Assembly: GCA_022842805.1 (NCBI GenBank)
Contig: JALHOX010000001.1
Span: 406 to 47,160, forward strand
Length of the DNA stretch: 46,755 bases
Origin: Phycisphaerae bacterium
GTDB lineage: Bacteria > Planctomycetota > Phycisphaerae > UBA1845 > Fen-1342
Direction: 5' to 3'
In this document: one piece after another, positions 16,374-25,458 of the stretch
How positions within the stretch are numbered: the first letter of the stretch is position 1
How the letters are laid out: each line of letters starts with the position of its first letter
Program-made: the position numbers and the translations under genes
The notes under the pieces: generated by a model
Database searches by the model: none
What the model was told of the DNA's origin: nothing
The model's input: only the letters and a program-made list of their open reading frames with translations

Positions 16374-17255
16374 TTAAGGCTTGCAAACCGAACACGGCGA
16401 ATAGCCCTTGCGGCCCGCCTCGTCGAGCGCGATCGGCTTCGCGTTGGCGCGCAGGTGCCGGCAACCCTGCTTGTGATACTTCTTCCCGCTCGCCGTCACG
16501 AAGACCGTACCGGTCGGGGTTGCTTCGGTGGCGCCGGCGCTGATGTCCGCGACTGGCGCGATCGGCGGCGGTGTGGCCGGCGGCCCCGCGGTGTTCCCCG
16601 AGTCCGCATTGCGGTCGCTGGCCGCCGCAGCCGGGGGCGGCTGTTTTCGCGCGGCCCACTTGCCGCGCTCGCCGAGCTCAGCCCGCCGAGCGTAATAGAC
16701 GAACGTATCGTGGTCTTCGCATTTGGCGGGCGTGACATCGGCCCAGCCCTGCCGCACGAGCTCCAGATTGACGAACAGCCCGTCGGGGCAGCGATGGACG
16801 AACGCTTCGCGCGTGCCGCGGGGCACGCCGCCGGTCGGCTTTCCCGGCCTAAGCCACACCTGCTCTTCGCGCAGCAGATGCTCAACCGCGTCGCGACAGT
16901 CGCGGCCTTCCGGCTTTTCGAGCCCCGCAGAGCGAACGCCCAGCAGTCGCACCTTCTCGGTTTTGCCGCCGACCTTTACCAGGATCGTGTCGCCGTCGAT
17001 TGCCCGGACGAAGCTGCCCACGGGGTAGGGGGCCAGCGCTTCCGGCAAGTAAACGCCATCAACGCCCGCATCATCGCCGGCTGAACCGCCTTCGCCCGCG
17101 GACGCTGGCGTAGCCGCTGCAGGCCGCCGCGATTCGTCCGGCGGAGATTGCCACGCGACGGTCGTGAGCAAGAGAGACAACAACAGAGCTACGCGCCCGG
17201 CGCACGGCAGAGATTTCGGATTCATTTGATCGCCCAATAAGACCTGATTGCTCAT
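16374..17255 (-). CDS. secreted staphylococcal-nuclease (SNase)-like protein with a C-terminal YHxxxC...CxxC motif
   Basis: VRAIDGDTILVKVGGKTEKVRLLGV...LFVNLELVRQGWA... and a C-terminal GKKYHKQGCRHL...GYSPCSVCKP. The alternative ATG at 17225 gives a cleaner signal peptide (MNPKSLPCAGRVALLLSLLLTTVA). Confidence 0.75.
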   Translation of the reverse strand: MSNQVLLGDQMNPKSLPCAGRVALLLSLLLTTVAWQSPPDESRRPAAATPASAGEGGSAGDDAGVDGVYLPEALAPYPVGSFVRAIDGDTILVKVGGKTEKVRLLGVRSAGLEKPEGRDCRDAVEHLLREEQVWLRPGKPTGGVPRGTREAFVHRCPDGLFVNLELVRQGWADVTPAKCEDHDTFVYYARRAELGERGKWAARKQPPPAAAASDRNADSGNTAGPPATPPPIAPVADISAGATEATPTGTVFVTASGKKYHKQGCRHLRANAKPIALDEAGRKGYSPCSVCKP

Positions 17256-17290
17256 GATACTGATGGCGGGTTCCCTTAGGATGAAGACAT

Positions 17291-18112
17291 ATGAATTCCC
17301 ATTCGTTCGCCCGACTCGCCGGTTACACCCTCGGCCCTGGCAATCCGCTGCTGCTGATTGCCGGACCTTGCGTGATCGAATCGACCGAACATTGCCGCAA
17401 GCTCGCCACCGCCATCGCCGCGATCGCCAAGCGGCTTGAGATCCCCTACGTCTTCAAGGCCAGCTTCGACAAGGCCAATCGCTCGAGCGTTCACTCCTAC
17501 CGTGGACCGGGGTTGGAAGAGGGGCTCAAGACTCTGCAGACCATCCGCGAGACGTGCGGCGTGCCGGTGTTGTCCGATGTTCACGAGCCGCATCAGGCCG
17601 CAGCGGCCGCCGAAGTGCTCGATTGTCTGCAAATCCCCGCGTTTCTCTGTCGCCAGACCGACCTGCTCCTGGCCTGCGGCCGGGCGGGCAAGTGCGTCAA
17701 TGTGAAAAAGGGGCAGTTCGTCTCACCCGAGAAGATGGCCCTGGCCGCCGAGAAGATTCGCTCGACCGGCAACGCCAACGTCATGCTGACCGATCGCGGG
17801 ACGACCTTTGGCTACGAACGCCTGGTCAACGACTTCACCGGGCTGGAGACCATGCGCCAGTTCGCCCCCGTCTGCTTCGACGCGACCCACTCCGTGCAGC
17901 ACCCGGGCAGCGCCGGCGCCACCACCGGCGGTGAGCGACGCTTCATTCCGCTGCTGGCGCGGGCGGCGGTGGCGGTCGGCATCGACGCGCTATTTCTCGA
18001 AGTGCATGACGACCCCGACCACGCCAAGAGCGACGCGGCCACCGTCTGGCCGCTGGAGAAGCTCGAAGGGCTCCTGACGACGCTCGTCCGCATTCGCGCC
18101 GCGAACGCCTGA
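17291..18112 (+). CDS. kdsA: 3-deoxy-8-phosphooctulonate (KDO8P) synthase
   Basis: LLLIAGPCVIES, YVFKASFDKANRSS, VLSDVHE, LQIPAFLCRQTDLL, VNVKKGQF. Confidence 0.95.
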   Translation: MNSHSFARLAGYTLGPGNPLLLIAGPCVIESTEHCRKLATAIAAIAKRLEIPYVFKASFDKANRSSVHSYRGPGLEEGLKTLQTIRETCGVPVLSDVHEPHQAAAAAEVLDCLQIPAFLCRQTDLLLACGRAGKCVNVKKGQFVSPEKMALAAEKIRSTGNANVMLTDRGTTFGYERLVNDFTGLETMRQFAPVCFDATHSVQHPGSAGATTGGERRFIPLLARAAVAVGIDALFLEVHDDPDHAKSDAATVWPLEKLEGLLTTLVRIRAANA

Positions 18113-18221
18113 TGAATCCACGGCCCGCAGTTGGCGTCGGTCCGCTGGGCGCTTGCCATGCGGCCGGGGCTTTCGCGCGCCATCCCGCATCTTTCGCGAA
18201 AATCCCCTAGAATCCGCCGGG

Positions 18222-20372
18222 ATGGAATCAAAGAACATGATCACAGCGCTGCTGACCGCGTCAGCCGCGTTCCTGATCTACTTGCTTCTGGCGTTGTACT
18301 TCTTTCCGCCGCCCCCCAAGCCGGCGCCGACCAGCGCGCCGAGCGCGCCGACGGTCAGCGTCCGCGAAGCGCCGGCCAGCGGCCGCGCGAGTTCTTCGCA
18401 ATCCGCTCCATCGTCCAGCCTCGCGCTGTCCGAAGAGCCCGCCCGTGGCGCGGTGATGCAGGCCGCGGAGCAATCCGAAGATATCGTCATCGGCAATGAG
18501 CAGACCGCGTTGCGGGCGGTTTTCACGCCCCGCGGCGCCGCCATTCTCGAACTTTTTCTCACGAACAAAAACAAAAACGGTCGCTACACCCACCGCGTCT
18601 CCGCCGACAAAAGCGACCCGTTCCGGCTGCTCGCCCCCGTCACCGCCGACCGCGGCACGCACGCCTCCTTTGAGACGCATAAGCTGTGGATTCGCGAGCT
18701 CGGCGATCGCGACTGGGACCTCCGCAATCTCCGCTGGAAGGTGGCCGACCGCGGCACGCGGCACATCGAGTTTCAGACCGCGCTCGCCAGCCCCGAAACC
18801 GGCGAATTGGTGCGATTTTCCAAGCGTTACACCCTGCGCGGCGACGCCCCGTTTATCGATCTGCAACTGACCGCCACCAACGCCGGCGGGACCCCGCTCA
18901 GCATCACGCTTGCGCAGGATGGTCCGCTCGGCGTTCCGCGCGACGATCTGATGTACGACATGCGCAAGATCGTGCTGGCGCAGCGTAGCCAGGGCGTGTT
19001 GGCGCTGACCGCCAAGGCGCGCAATCAGCTCACCAAAGAAGCCACCCTGGTCAACGCCCAGGAAAAGCTGGCGTGGCTGGCGCAGGCCAACAAGTACTTC
19101 GGCGCCTACATGCGGCCCGTGGGAGAGAAACTCGAAGACCGGCCCGACGCGGTGCAGCGCGTCACCGGCGTGGCGCTCTCCGAGGTCGCGCCCGATTCGC
19201 TGGCCCCCGCCGATTTCGTCGCCCGCTGCTTTCTCATGCCCGCCACGATCGAACCGGGCGCGTCGAGCACCACCCGCTTCGAGATCTACGCCGGCCCGAA
19301 AGACGCCGACTGGATTCGGCCGCTCGGCGCGCAATATGTCGACCACACGAAGATCGGCTACGACCTGGCCGGCTCGGTCGATTCCTCCTGCTGGTGCGCG
19401 TTCGACTGGCTAAAGAACCTGATGACCTGGCTGTTGCGAACGATCTATCTCGTCGTCCGCAACTACGGCGTCGCGATCATGATCCTGGTGGTCATCGTGC
19501 GCGGTCTGCTCCATCCGCTGGCGGTCTGGCAGCAGAAATCGATGTATCGCCTGCAGGACGGCATGGCCCGCCTCCAGCCCAAGCTCAACGAAATCAAGCA
19601 GAAATACGCCAATGACCAGGTGAAACAGCAGCAGGAGCAGCTGCGGCTGATGGCCGCCGAGGGCGTGAACCCCGCCTCCGGCATGGTCAGCATGCTGCCC
19701 ATGATGTTGCAGATGCCGATCCTGATCGCGCTCTGGAACGCGCTCAACACCGATATCGAGATGCGTCTCGCCCCGTTCGATGGCTGGTGGATTCGCGACC
19801 TTTCCGCGCCGGATTCGCTGATTTCGTTCGGCGGTAAGGGCATCACAGTGCCGGTGCTGGAGTGGTTTCCGCTGATCGGGACGATGTTTCAGAACATCCC
19901 CGCCTTCAACATCCTGCCCTTCTTCATGGGGCTGAGCATCTGGCTGCAGCAGCGCTACATGCCCAAGCCGCCGGCGCTGCTCAAGGCGCTCGAAGAGTCG
20001 AAGAAGAACCCGCAGGCCGCGCCGATGGGCGGCATGTCCCCCGAAGAGCAGCTTCGCCAGCAGCAGATGATGGCCACGATGATGGCCTTCATGCTGCCCG
20101 TGATGCTCTACTACCAGCCCTCCGGCCTGATCCTCTACTGGCTCGCCAGCAACGTGTTCGGCATTTTCGAATCGCTGCGAATCCGCAAGCAGCTCGCCGA
20201 AGAGAAGAAGCGGGTTGAGGCGCTCGGGCCCGCCGCGATCAAGCCGCGCCAGCCGGGCATTGTGGGGCGTTTCATGCAGCGGCTCGCCGAGCAGGCCGAA
20301 GAGATTCAGCGCAAGGCCGACGAAGTCTCCGCCCACCCCGGACCTTCGGCCCCGCGAAAGCGCGGCAAGTGA
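18222..20372 (+). CDS. yidC: membrane protein insertase YidC (long form with a large periplasmic domain)
   Basis: Start moved to ATG 18222 (MESKNMITALLTASAAFLIYLLLALYFF). The C-terminal core has YGVAIMILVVIVRGLLHPL, MYRLQDGMARLQPKLNEIKQKY and GLILYWLASNVFGIFESL, plus a basic tail. Confidence 0.9.
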   Translation: MESKNMITALLTASAAFLIYLLLALYFFPPPPKPAPTSAPSAPTVSVREAPASGRASSSQSAPSSSLALSEEPARGAVMQAAEQSEDIVIGNEQTALRAVFTPRGAAILELFLTNKNKNGRYTHRVSADKSDPFRLLAPVTADRGTHASFETHKLWIRELGDRDWDLRNLRWKVADRGTRHIEFQTALASPETGELVRFSKRYTLRGDAPFIDLQLTATNAGGTPLSITLAQDGPLGVPRDDLMYDMRKIVLAQRSQGVLALTAKARNQLTKEATLVNAQEKLAWLAQANKYFGAYMRPVGEKLEDRPDAVQRVTGVALSEVAPDSLAPADFVARCFLMPATIEPGASSTTRFEIYAGPKDADWIRPLGAQYVDHTKIGYDLAGSVDSSCWCAFDWLKNLMTWLLRTIYLVVRNYGVAIMILVVIVRGLLHPLAVWQQKSMYRLQDGMARLQPKLNEIKQKYANDQVKQQQEQLRLMAAEGVNPASGMVSMLPMMLQMPILIALWNALNTDIEMRLAPFDGWWIRDLSAPDSLISFGGKGITVPVLEWFPLIGTMFQNIPAFNILPFFMGLSIWLQQRYMPKPPALLKALEESKKNPQAAPMGGMSPEEQLRQQQMMATMMAFMLPVMLYYQPSGLILYWLASNVFGIFESLRIRKQLAEEKKRVEALGPAAIKPRQPGIVGRFMQRLAEQAEEIQRKADEVSAHPGPSAPRKRGK

Positions 20373-21241
20373 GCATGGAGACCGCCGGTCTGCGACAGAT
20401 CGCCGTCGGCGCGGCCCTCGCCGGCGGATTGCTCGCCCGCCGTATGCGCTCCCACCTGCTCGACGTTCGTCTCAAGCACGACGGCAGCGAGGTCAGCGAA
20501 GCGGACCTCCGCGCTCAGGAACTCGTCGTACGCACGATCCTCGCCGCCCGGCCGCACGATCGCATTCTTGGCGAAGAGACCCTCGCCGAGCCCGCCACCG
20601 CCGCCACAGGCGCGGCGGGCGGACATCCGGCCAACATCGTTCACCCCGCGGCCCGACGGCTCGAACCGGACGAAGTCTGCTGGATCATCGACCCCATCGA
20701 CGGCACGCGCAATTACGTCCGCGGTCTTCCCGGATATGGCTGCGCCGTCGCCGCGATGCGAGGCGGCCGCACCATTGCCGCCGCCACCTATGACGTCAGC
20801 GACGACTGCATGTACTCCGCCTCGCTCGATGAGGGCTTCTTCATCGGCGGCGAGCGCTTTGAACGGGCCCGCGCCGACGCCCGCCGCGGCCGCACCGCCA
20901 AGCTTCTGATCGCGGTCCCCAGCGGCGTCTTCGGCGATCCCCGGCGGCTGATCGAGGCCTGGTTCGCGCCGCACCTGCTGCGAAACTACGGGGCCGCCGC
21001 CCTGCACCTCTGCTACATCGCCGCGGGCGGCCTCGACGCGATGCTGGCGGCCGACTGTCGCTTGTGGGATCTGGCCGGCGGCGCGCTGTTCGTCGAAGCC
21101 ATGGGCGGAAAGATCGCCCGGCTCGATGGCTCGCCGCTCTTCCCCTTCGACGTCAATTCCTATCGCGGCGAACCGCTGACCTCGCTCTTCGCCCGCGACG
21201 AAGCGACGCACGCCCAATTGCTCTCGCCGCTCGCGGGTTAA
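20369..21241 (+). CDS. inositol monophosphatase family protein
   Basis: ILGEE..., WIIDPIDGTRNYVRG, LWDLAGG. GTG 20369 overlaps the yidC stop. ATG 20375 is the alternative start. Confidence 0.85.
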   Translation: MSMETAGLRQIAVGAALAGGLLARRMRSHLLDVRLKHDGSEVSEADLRAQELVVRTILAARPHDRILGEETLAEPATAATGAAGGHPANIVHPAARRLEPDEVCWIIDPIDGTRNYVRGLPGYGCAVAAMRGGRTIAAATYDVSDDCMYSASLDEGFFIGGERFERARADARRGRTAKLLIAVPSGVFGDPRRLIEAWFAPHLLRNYGAAALHLCYIAAGGLDAMLAADCRLWDLAGGALFVEAMGGKIARLDGSPLFPFDVNSYRGEPLTSLFARDEATHAQLLSPLAG

Positions 21242-21259
21242 CCCGCCCCGCGACGCGGC

Positions 21260-22396
21260 TCAGCCCGGTTGGCGCATCATCCAATCCGCGATCGCATCGG
21301 CCGCGTCGATTCGGCCCAGCGCTCGGGCGGCGGCGGACATCGCTCCGCGCGTCTTCTCATCGCTCAGCCGCTCGAGCGCCGCCCGCAGCGGGCCGGCGTT
21401 TTGGGCCGCATCGCGCGCGTCGTCGATCCTGATCGCCGCCCCCGCGGCGACCAGTACGTCGGCGTTGAAGTCCTGATGACGGTCCTTGAGATAGGGATAG
21501 GGAAACAGGACTCCCGGCTTGCCGAGGGCGGTCAACTCCGCGAGCGTCGAAGCGCCGGCCCGCGCGATGACCGCGTCGGCCGCGGCCAGGCAATCGGCCA
21601 TGTCATGGGCATATCCGAGCACCACCACGCTGCCCGACGAGGCCGCCTCTGTCGCCGAGCGCAGCACCCCCGCCGCGCGATAAGCGGCCCGGATGCGCTC
21701 CTCATCCGCCGGCCCGGTCAGGTGCAGAAGCTGCCAGGCGGGGTTCTGCGCCGCGAACGCCGGCCAGACTTGCAGTAGCGCTTCGTTGATCGTCCGCGCG
21801 CCCTGCGACGCACCGGTCGCCAGCAGGAGCGGCCGCGCGGCGTCCAGCCCCAGCCGCGCCCGCGCCGCCGCCGCATTCGGACTCGCAAAGTCGCTGCGAA
21901 TCGGACAGCCCAGCGCCTGACAGGGGGCCCCCGGCGCGAAGTGCGTTCGCGAGGCCTCCCACTGCAGCGCAATCAACCGCGCATACTTGGCCAGGTAGCG
22001 ATTGGCCCGCCCCGGCTTAGCGTCCTGATTCAAAATCGCCGTCGCCACACCGGCCCGATGCGCCGCCACCACAGGCGGCGCCGCGGCATATCCGCCCAGC
22101 CCCAGCACCGCCCGCGGCCGATCGTTGCGAATCACCTCGCCCGCCAGCTCAATCGCGCTCCGCCACGCCAGCCAAAATCGCGGCCAATGCCACGGCTTCG
22201 GGCTGAACGGCCGCACCGGCTGGGGCACCTGCGCAAAGCCCTCGCGCTCCAGGAGATCATGATCGAGCGGCCGGTCGGTGGTCAGAAACGCGATCCGCGC
22301 ATCCGGGTCGCGCCGCGCGATCGCGCGGGCCACCGCGATGCCCGGGTACAGATGTCCGCCGGTGCCGCCGCCGGCAAAGAGATAGCTGGAAGCCAT
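21260..22396 (-). CDS. murG: undecaprenyldiphospho-muramoylpentapeptide beta-N-acetylglucosaminyltransferase
   Basis: Start moved to ATG 22396 (MASSYLFAGGGTGGHLYPGIAVA). C-terminal ARAGASTLAELTALGKPGVLFPYP. Confidence 0.92.
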   Translation of the reverse strand: MASSYLFAGGGTGGHLYPGIAVARAIARRDPDARIAFLTTDRPLDHDLLEREGFAQVPQPVRPFSPKPWHWPRFWLAWRSAIELAGEVIRNDRPRAVLGLGGYAAAPPVVAAHRAGVATAILNQDAKPGRANRYLAKYARLIALQWEASRTHFAPGAPCQALGCPIRSDFASPNAAAARARLGLDAARPLLLATGASQGARTINEALLQVWPAFAAQNPAWQLLHLTGPADEERIRAAYRAAGVLRSATEAASSGSVVVLGYAHDMADCLAAADAVIARAGASTLAELTALGKPGVLFPYPYLKDRHQDFNADVLVAAGAAIRIDDARDAAQNAGPLRAALERLSDEKTRGAMSAAARALGRIDAADAIADWMMRQPG

Positions 22397-22466
22397 AGGG
22401 TGCGAAATGTATCGCCGTCCGCCGCAGCGAGTTCGCAGTCTGCGCCGTGGCATAGAATTTGGCGAG

Positions 22467-23288
22467 ATGCCGCCCCTCCCCGACGATCACCCGTCCGCCG
22501 CCGCCGCGTCGCGGGAGATTGCGATTCGCCGGCTCTTCGACGAACAAGGGGCGAGCCTCTTCTCCCTGGCGCTGCGCTTCTGCGGCGATCGGCAGGACGC
22601 CGAAGACCTCGTGCAGGAGGTCTTCATGCACGCCTATCGCGGCTGGGATTCGTTTCAGGGTCGATCCAGCGAAAAGACCTGGCTTTACACGATCGCGGCC
22701 CGCGCCTGTCAGCGCATGCACCGCAAACGTGCCGGCGAGCCGGCGCATGTCGGCTCCCTGGAGGAATTGCTCCCGTTCAGCGAGCCGCGCGTCGCCGTCG
22801 TCGCCCAGGATCAGGAGGGGCCGCTTCAGGCGCAGATTCGCACCGAGGCGCGACAACAGGTCGAGGCCGCCATCGCGGCGCTGCCGGACGAATTTCGCAT
22901 CCCGCTGATTCTGAAGGAGATCGTCGGCTTTTCGGTGCCGGAGGTGGCGCAGGTGCTCGACCTGCAAGAGGGCACCGTGAAAAGCCGCATCCATCGGGCC
23001 CGATTCGGCCTTGCCGCGCGCCCCGCACTCCGCGCCGCCGCCCGCCTACCCGATGCAGGTTTGTCTGGATCTGTTGCAAGCCAAGCAGGAGGCGCTCGAT
23101 CGCGGCGTGCCGTTTCGCAGCGACATCATCTGCGAGCGGTGCCGCTCGGTGTTTTCGTCGCTCGACCTCGCCCAGGACGCCTGTCGCGATCTCGCCGCGG
23201 GCGCCCTGCCCGAGGGGCTTCGCGAGCGGCTGGCGGCGGCCCTTCGGTCCGAGGCATGATCGGCGAAACAGCACTGAAAAATTCCTGA
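22467..23288 (+). CDS. ECF sigma-70 family factor. The reading frame looks non-coding after about 23045 (see findings)
   Basis: Region 2: DAEDLVQEVFMHAYRGWDSFQGRSSEKTWLYTIAARAC. Region 4: LPDEFRIPLILKEIVGFSVPEVAQVLDLQEGTVKSRIHRAR. The track start is ATG 22407. ATG 22467 leaves a 70-nt divergent spacer to murG. The tail to 23288 is Arg-rich with poor third-position G/C. Confidence 0.8.
   Translation: MPPLPDDHPSAAAASREIAIRRLFDEQGASLFSLALRFCGDRQDAEDLVQEVFMHAYRGWDSFQGRSSEKTWLYTIAARACQRMHRKRAGEPAHVGSLEELLPFSEPRVAVVAQDQEGPLQAQIRTEARQQVEAAIAALPDEFRIPLILKEIVGFSVPEVAQVLDLQEGTVKSRIHRARFGLAARPALRAAARLPDAGLSGSVASQAGGARSRRAVSQRHHLRAVPLGVFVARPRPGRLSRSRRGRPARGASRAAGGGPSVRGMIGETALKNS
23011..23259 (+). CDS. 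Cys-containing anti-sigma-like ORF, or shifted C-terminal extension of the sigma factor
   Basis: The +1 frame relative to the sigma ORF has near-uniform G/C at third positions. Translation: ...PPPAYPMQVCLDLLQAKQEALDRGVPFRSDIICERCRSVFSSLDLAQDACRDLAAGALPEGLRERLAAALRSEA. Possible starts are TTG 23011 or ATG 23053. Confidence 0.5.
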   Translation: MPRAPHSAPPPAYPMQVCLDLLQAKQEALDRGVPFRSDIICERCRSVFSSLDLAQDACRDLAAGALPEGLRERLAAALRSEA

Positions 23289-23382
23289 TATCCGCCGGGA
23301 ACGATCATCCCGCGCCATGCCTCTCAGAAGTTAGACTCGAATCCCGAGGCGGTCTCCAACGCCCGGAAAAGGAGCAACGAAC

Positions 23383-24825
23383 ATGTTCATGCGCATGATC
23401 TACGACGACAAACTCGCCCAGGCGGCGTACCTGATCGGCTGTCAGATGAGTGGCGAGGCGATCGTGATCGACCCCGAGCGCGATGTCGACCGCTATCAGC
23501 GCATCGCCGAGCAGAATGGGCTGCGCATCGTCGCCGTCGCCGAGACGCACATTCACGCCGATTTCGTCTCCGGCGCTCGCGAACTCGCCGAACGCGGCGC
23601 AAAGGCCTACGTCTCCGGCGAAGGCGGCCCCGACTGGCAATCGGAATGGCTCGACAAAAAGACCGGCGGCGGCGCCTATAACGCCCAGCGCCTGCGCGAC
23701 GGCGACACGTTCAGCATCGGCAAGATCGAATTCCGCGTCATGCACACCCCGGGCCACACGCCCGAGCACATCGTCTATCTCGTGACGGATCGCGGCGGCG
23801 GCGCCACCGAGCCGATGGGAATGGTGACCGGCGATTTCGTCTTCGTCGGCGATCTGGGTCGCCCCGATCTGCTCGAAACCGCCGCGGGCCAGAAGGGCGC
23901 GATGGAGCCTTCTGCGCGTCAGCTCTTCGCGACGGTCGGCAAGCTCAGCACGGTGTCCGATTACGTGCAGGTTTGGCCGGCGCACGGCGCCGGCAGCGCC
24001 TGCGGAAAGGCGCTGGGCGCAGTGCCGATGAGCACCATCGGCTACGAGCGTCGCTTTAACAGCGCCATCCGGGCCGCGACCAGCGAGAAAAACTTCGTCG
24101 ACTTCATTCTCAGCGGCCAGCCCGAGCCGCCGCTCTATTTCGCCAACATGAAGCGCGTCAACAAGATCGGTCCGCGCGTGCTCGGCGACCTGCCGCGCCC
24201 GGCGCGGATCGGCGCGAGCGACCTGCAAAAACTCGACGCCCGCAAGACGGCCATCATCGACACGCGCGCCTGGGGCGCCTATCGCGAGGGCCACATTCCC
24301 GGCGCGCTCTCCTTCCCGCTCACCAACGCCTTCAATACCGACGCCGGCTCGATGATCGCCGAGTCGGAGGAGATCGTTCTCATCATCGAGCCCGAGCGGC
24401 TGGAGGAGGCTGTGCGCGACCTCATCCGTGTCGGCCTCGATCGCATCGTCGGCTGGGCCGCCCCCGCCGACATCGCCGAATTCGCCAAAGCCGGCGGCAA
24501 GCTCGCCACGCTGCGCGAGATCGATGTGGCCGCGGCCAGGCCGATGGTCGGCGACGGCCGAGTGCGCGTGCTCGATGTCCGCCGCGCCGCCGAGTTTGCC
24601 GAGGGCGCCATCGCCGGCGCGACCAACATCGCGCACACGCGGCTCCTGGCGGAGCTGCCCCGCGTGCCGAAGGATCAGCCGCTGCTCGTGCATTGCCGCG
24701 GCGGGTTTCGCTCGGCGCGGGCCTGTGCCCTTTTGCAGCGCAATGGATACGAAGTGATCAATCTGAAGGGTGGATTCCTGGCGTGGGACGCGGCCGCCGC
24801 ATCCGCGCCGGCATGTTCGCGCTGA
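23383..24825 (+). CDS. MBL-fold metallohydrolase fused to two rhodanese domains (CstB / persulfide dioxygenase-sulfurtransferase-like)
   Basis: AAYLIGCQ...AIVIDP...VAETHIHADFVSGAREL, MHTPGHTPEH. The second rhodanese has the active-site loop VHCRGGFRSA. AAGGAG SD upstream. Confidence 0.85.
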   Translation: MFMRMIYDDKLAQAAYLIGCQMSGEAIVIDPERDVDRYQRIAEQNGLRIVAVAETHIHADFVSGARELAERGAKAYVSGEGGPDWQSEWLDKKTGGGAYNAQRLRDGDTFSIGKIEFRVMHTPGHTPEHIVYLVTDRGGGATEPMGMVTGDFVFVGDLGRPDLLETAAGQKGAMEPSARQLFATVGKLSTVSDYVQVWPAHGAGSACGKALGAVPMSTIGYERRFNSAIRAATSEKNFVDFILSGQPEPPLYFANMKRVNKIGPRVLGDLPRPARIGASDLQKLDARKTAIIDTRAWGAYREGHIPGALSFPLTNAFNTDAGSMIAESEEIVLIIEPERLEEAVRDLIRVGLDRIVGWAAPADIAEFAKAGGKLATLREIDVAAARPMVGDGRVRVLDVRRAAEFAEGAIAGATNIAHTRLLAELPRVPKDQPLLVHCRGGFRSARACALLQRNGYEVINLKGGFLAWDAAAASAPACSR

Positions 24826-24851
24826 TCGCAGCGCGACGGAGGTGACCAGAC

Positions 24852-25424
24852 ATGGTCGCGACCTTGAACGAAAGCAAGCCGAAAGTTGTGGATGTCTCGC
24901 CCGATCTGCTGACGCAATGGCTGCGCAGCGGCGAGGCGGTGCTGGTCGACGTGCGCGAGGACTTCGAGCACGCGAGCGAGCGCATCGAGGGTGCCGAGAA
25001 TCACCCGCTCTCGAAGTTCGACGCCGCCGCGCTGCGCGCTCGACACGCCGGCCGGCGGATCGTGTTTCATTGCCGCAGCGGCAAACGCTCGGCCGACGCT
25101 GCGACCCGCTTTCAGAGCGGCGATGCGCCCGTCTTCCAACTCGCGGGCGGCATTCAGGCCTGGAAAGACGCCGGACTGGCGACGCTCCGCCCGACGACGG
25201 GCCCGCGCGTCGATGTCATGCGCCAAACGCAGATGGTCATCGGCACGTTTGTGTTGGCCGGGGTATTGCTGGGCGCGTCTGTCTCGCCCTGGTTTCTGAT
25301 TCTGAGCGGCTTCATGGGCGCGGGTCTGATCTTCGCCGGTGCGTCGGGAACCTGTGGCATGGCGGTGATGATCGGCAAACTGCCCTGGAACCGCGTCGCC
25401 CCGACGTGTCCGACGGGCCGATGA
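24852..25424 (+). CDS. rhodanese domain plus DUF2892 membrane domain protein (YgaP-like thiosulfate sulfurtransferase)
   Basis: Active-site loop FHCRSGKRSA. C-terminal TM hairpin with ASGTCGMAVMIG. GGAGG SD upstream. Confidence 0.85.
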   Translation: MVATLNESKPKVVDVSPDLLTQWLRSGEAVLVDVREDFEHASERIEGAENHPLSKFDAAALRARHAGRRIVFHCRSGKRSADAATRFQSGDAPVFQLAGGIQAWKDAGLATLRPTTGPRVDVMRQTQMVIGTFVLAGVLLGASVSPWFLILSGFMGAGLIFAGASGTCGMAVMIGKLPWNRVAPTCPTGR

Positions 25425-25458
25425 ATCTGCCCGGTCTGGCTCGAATCGAGGCCTCGTT

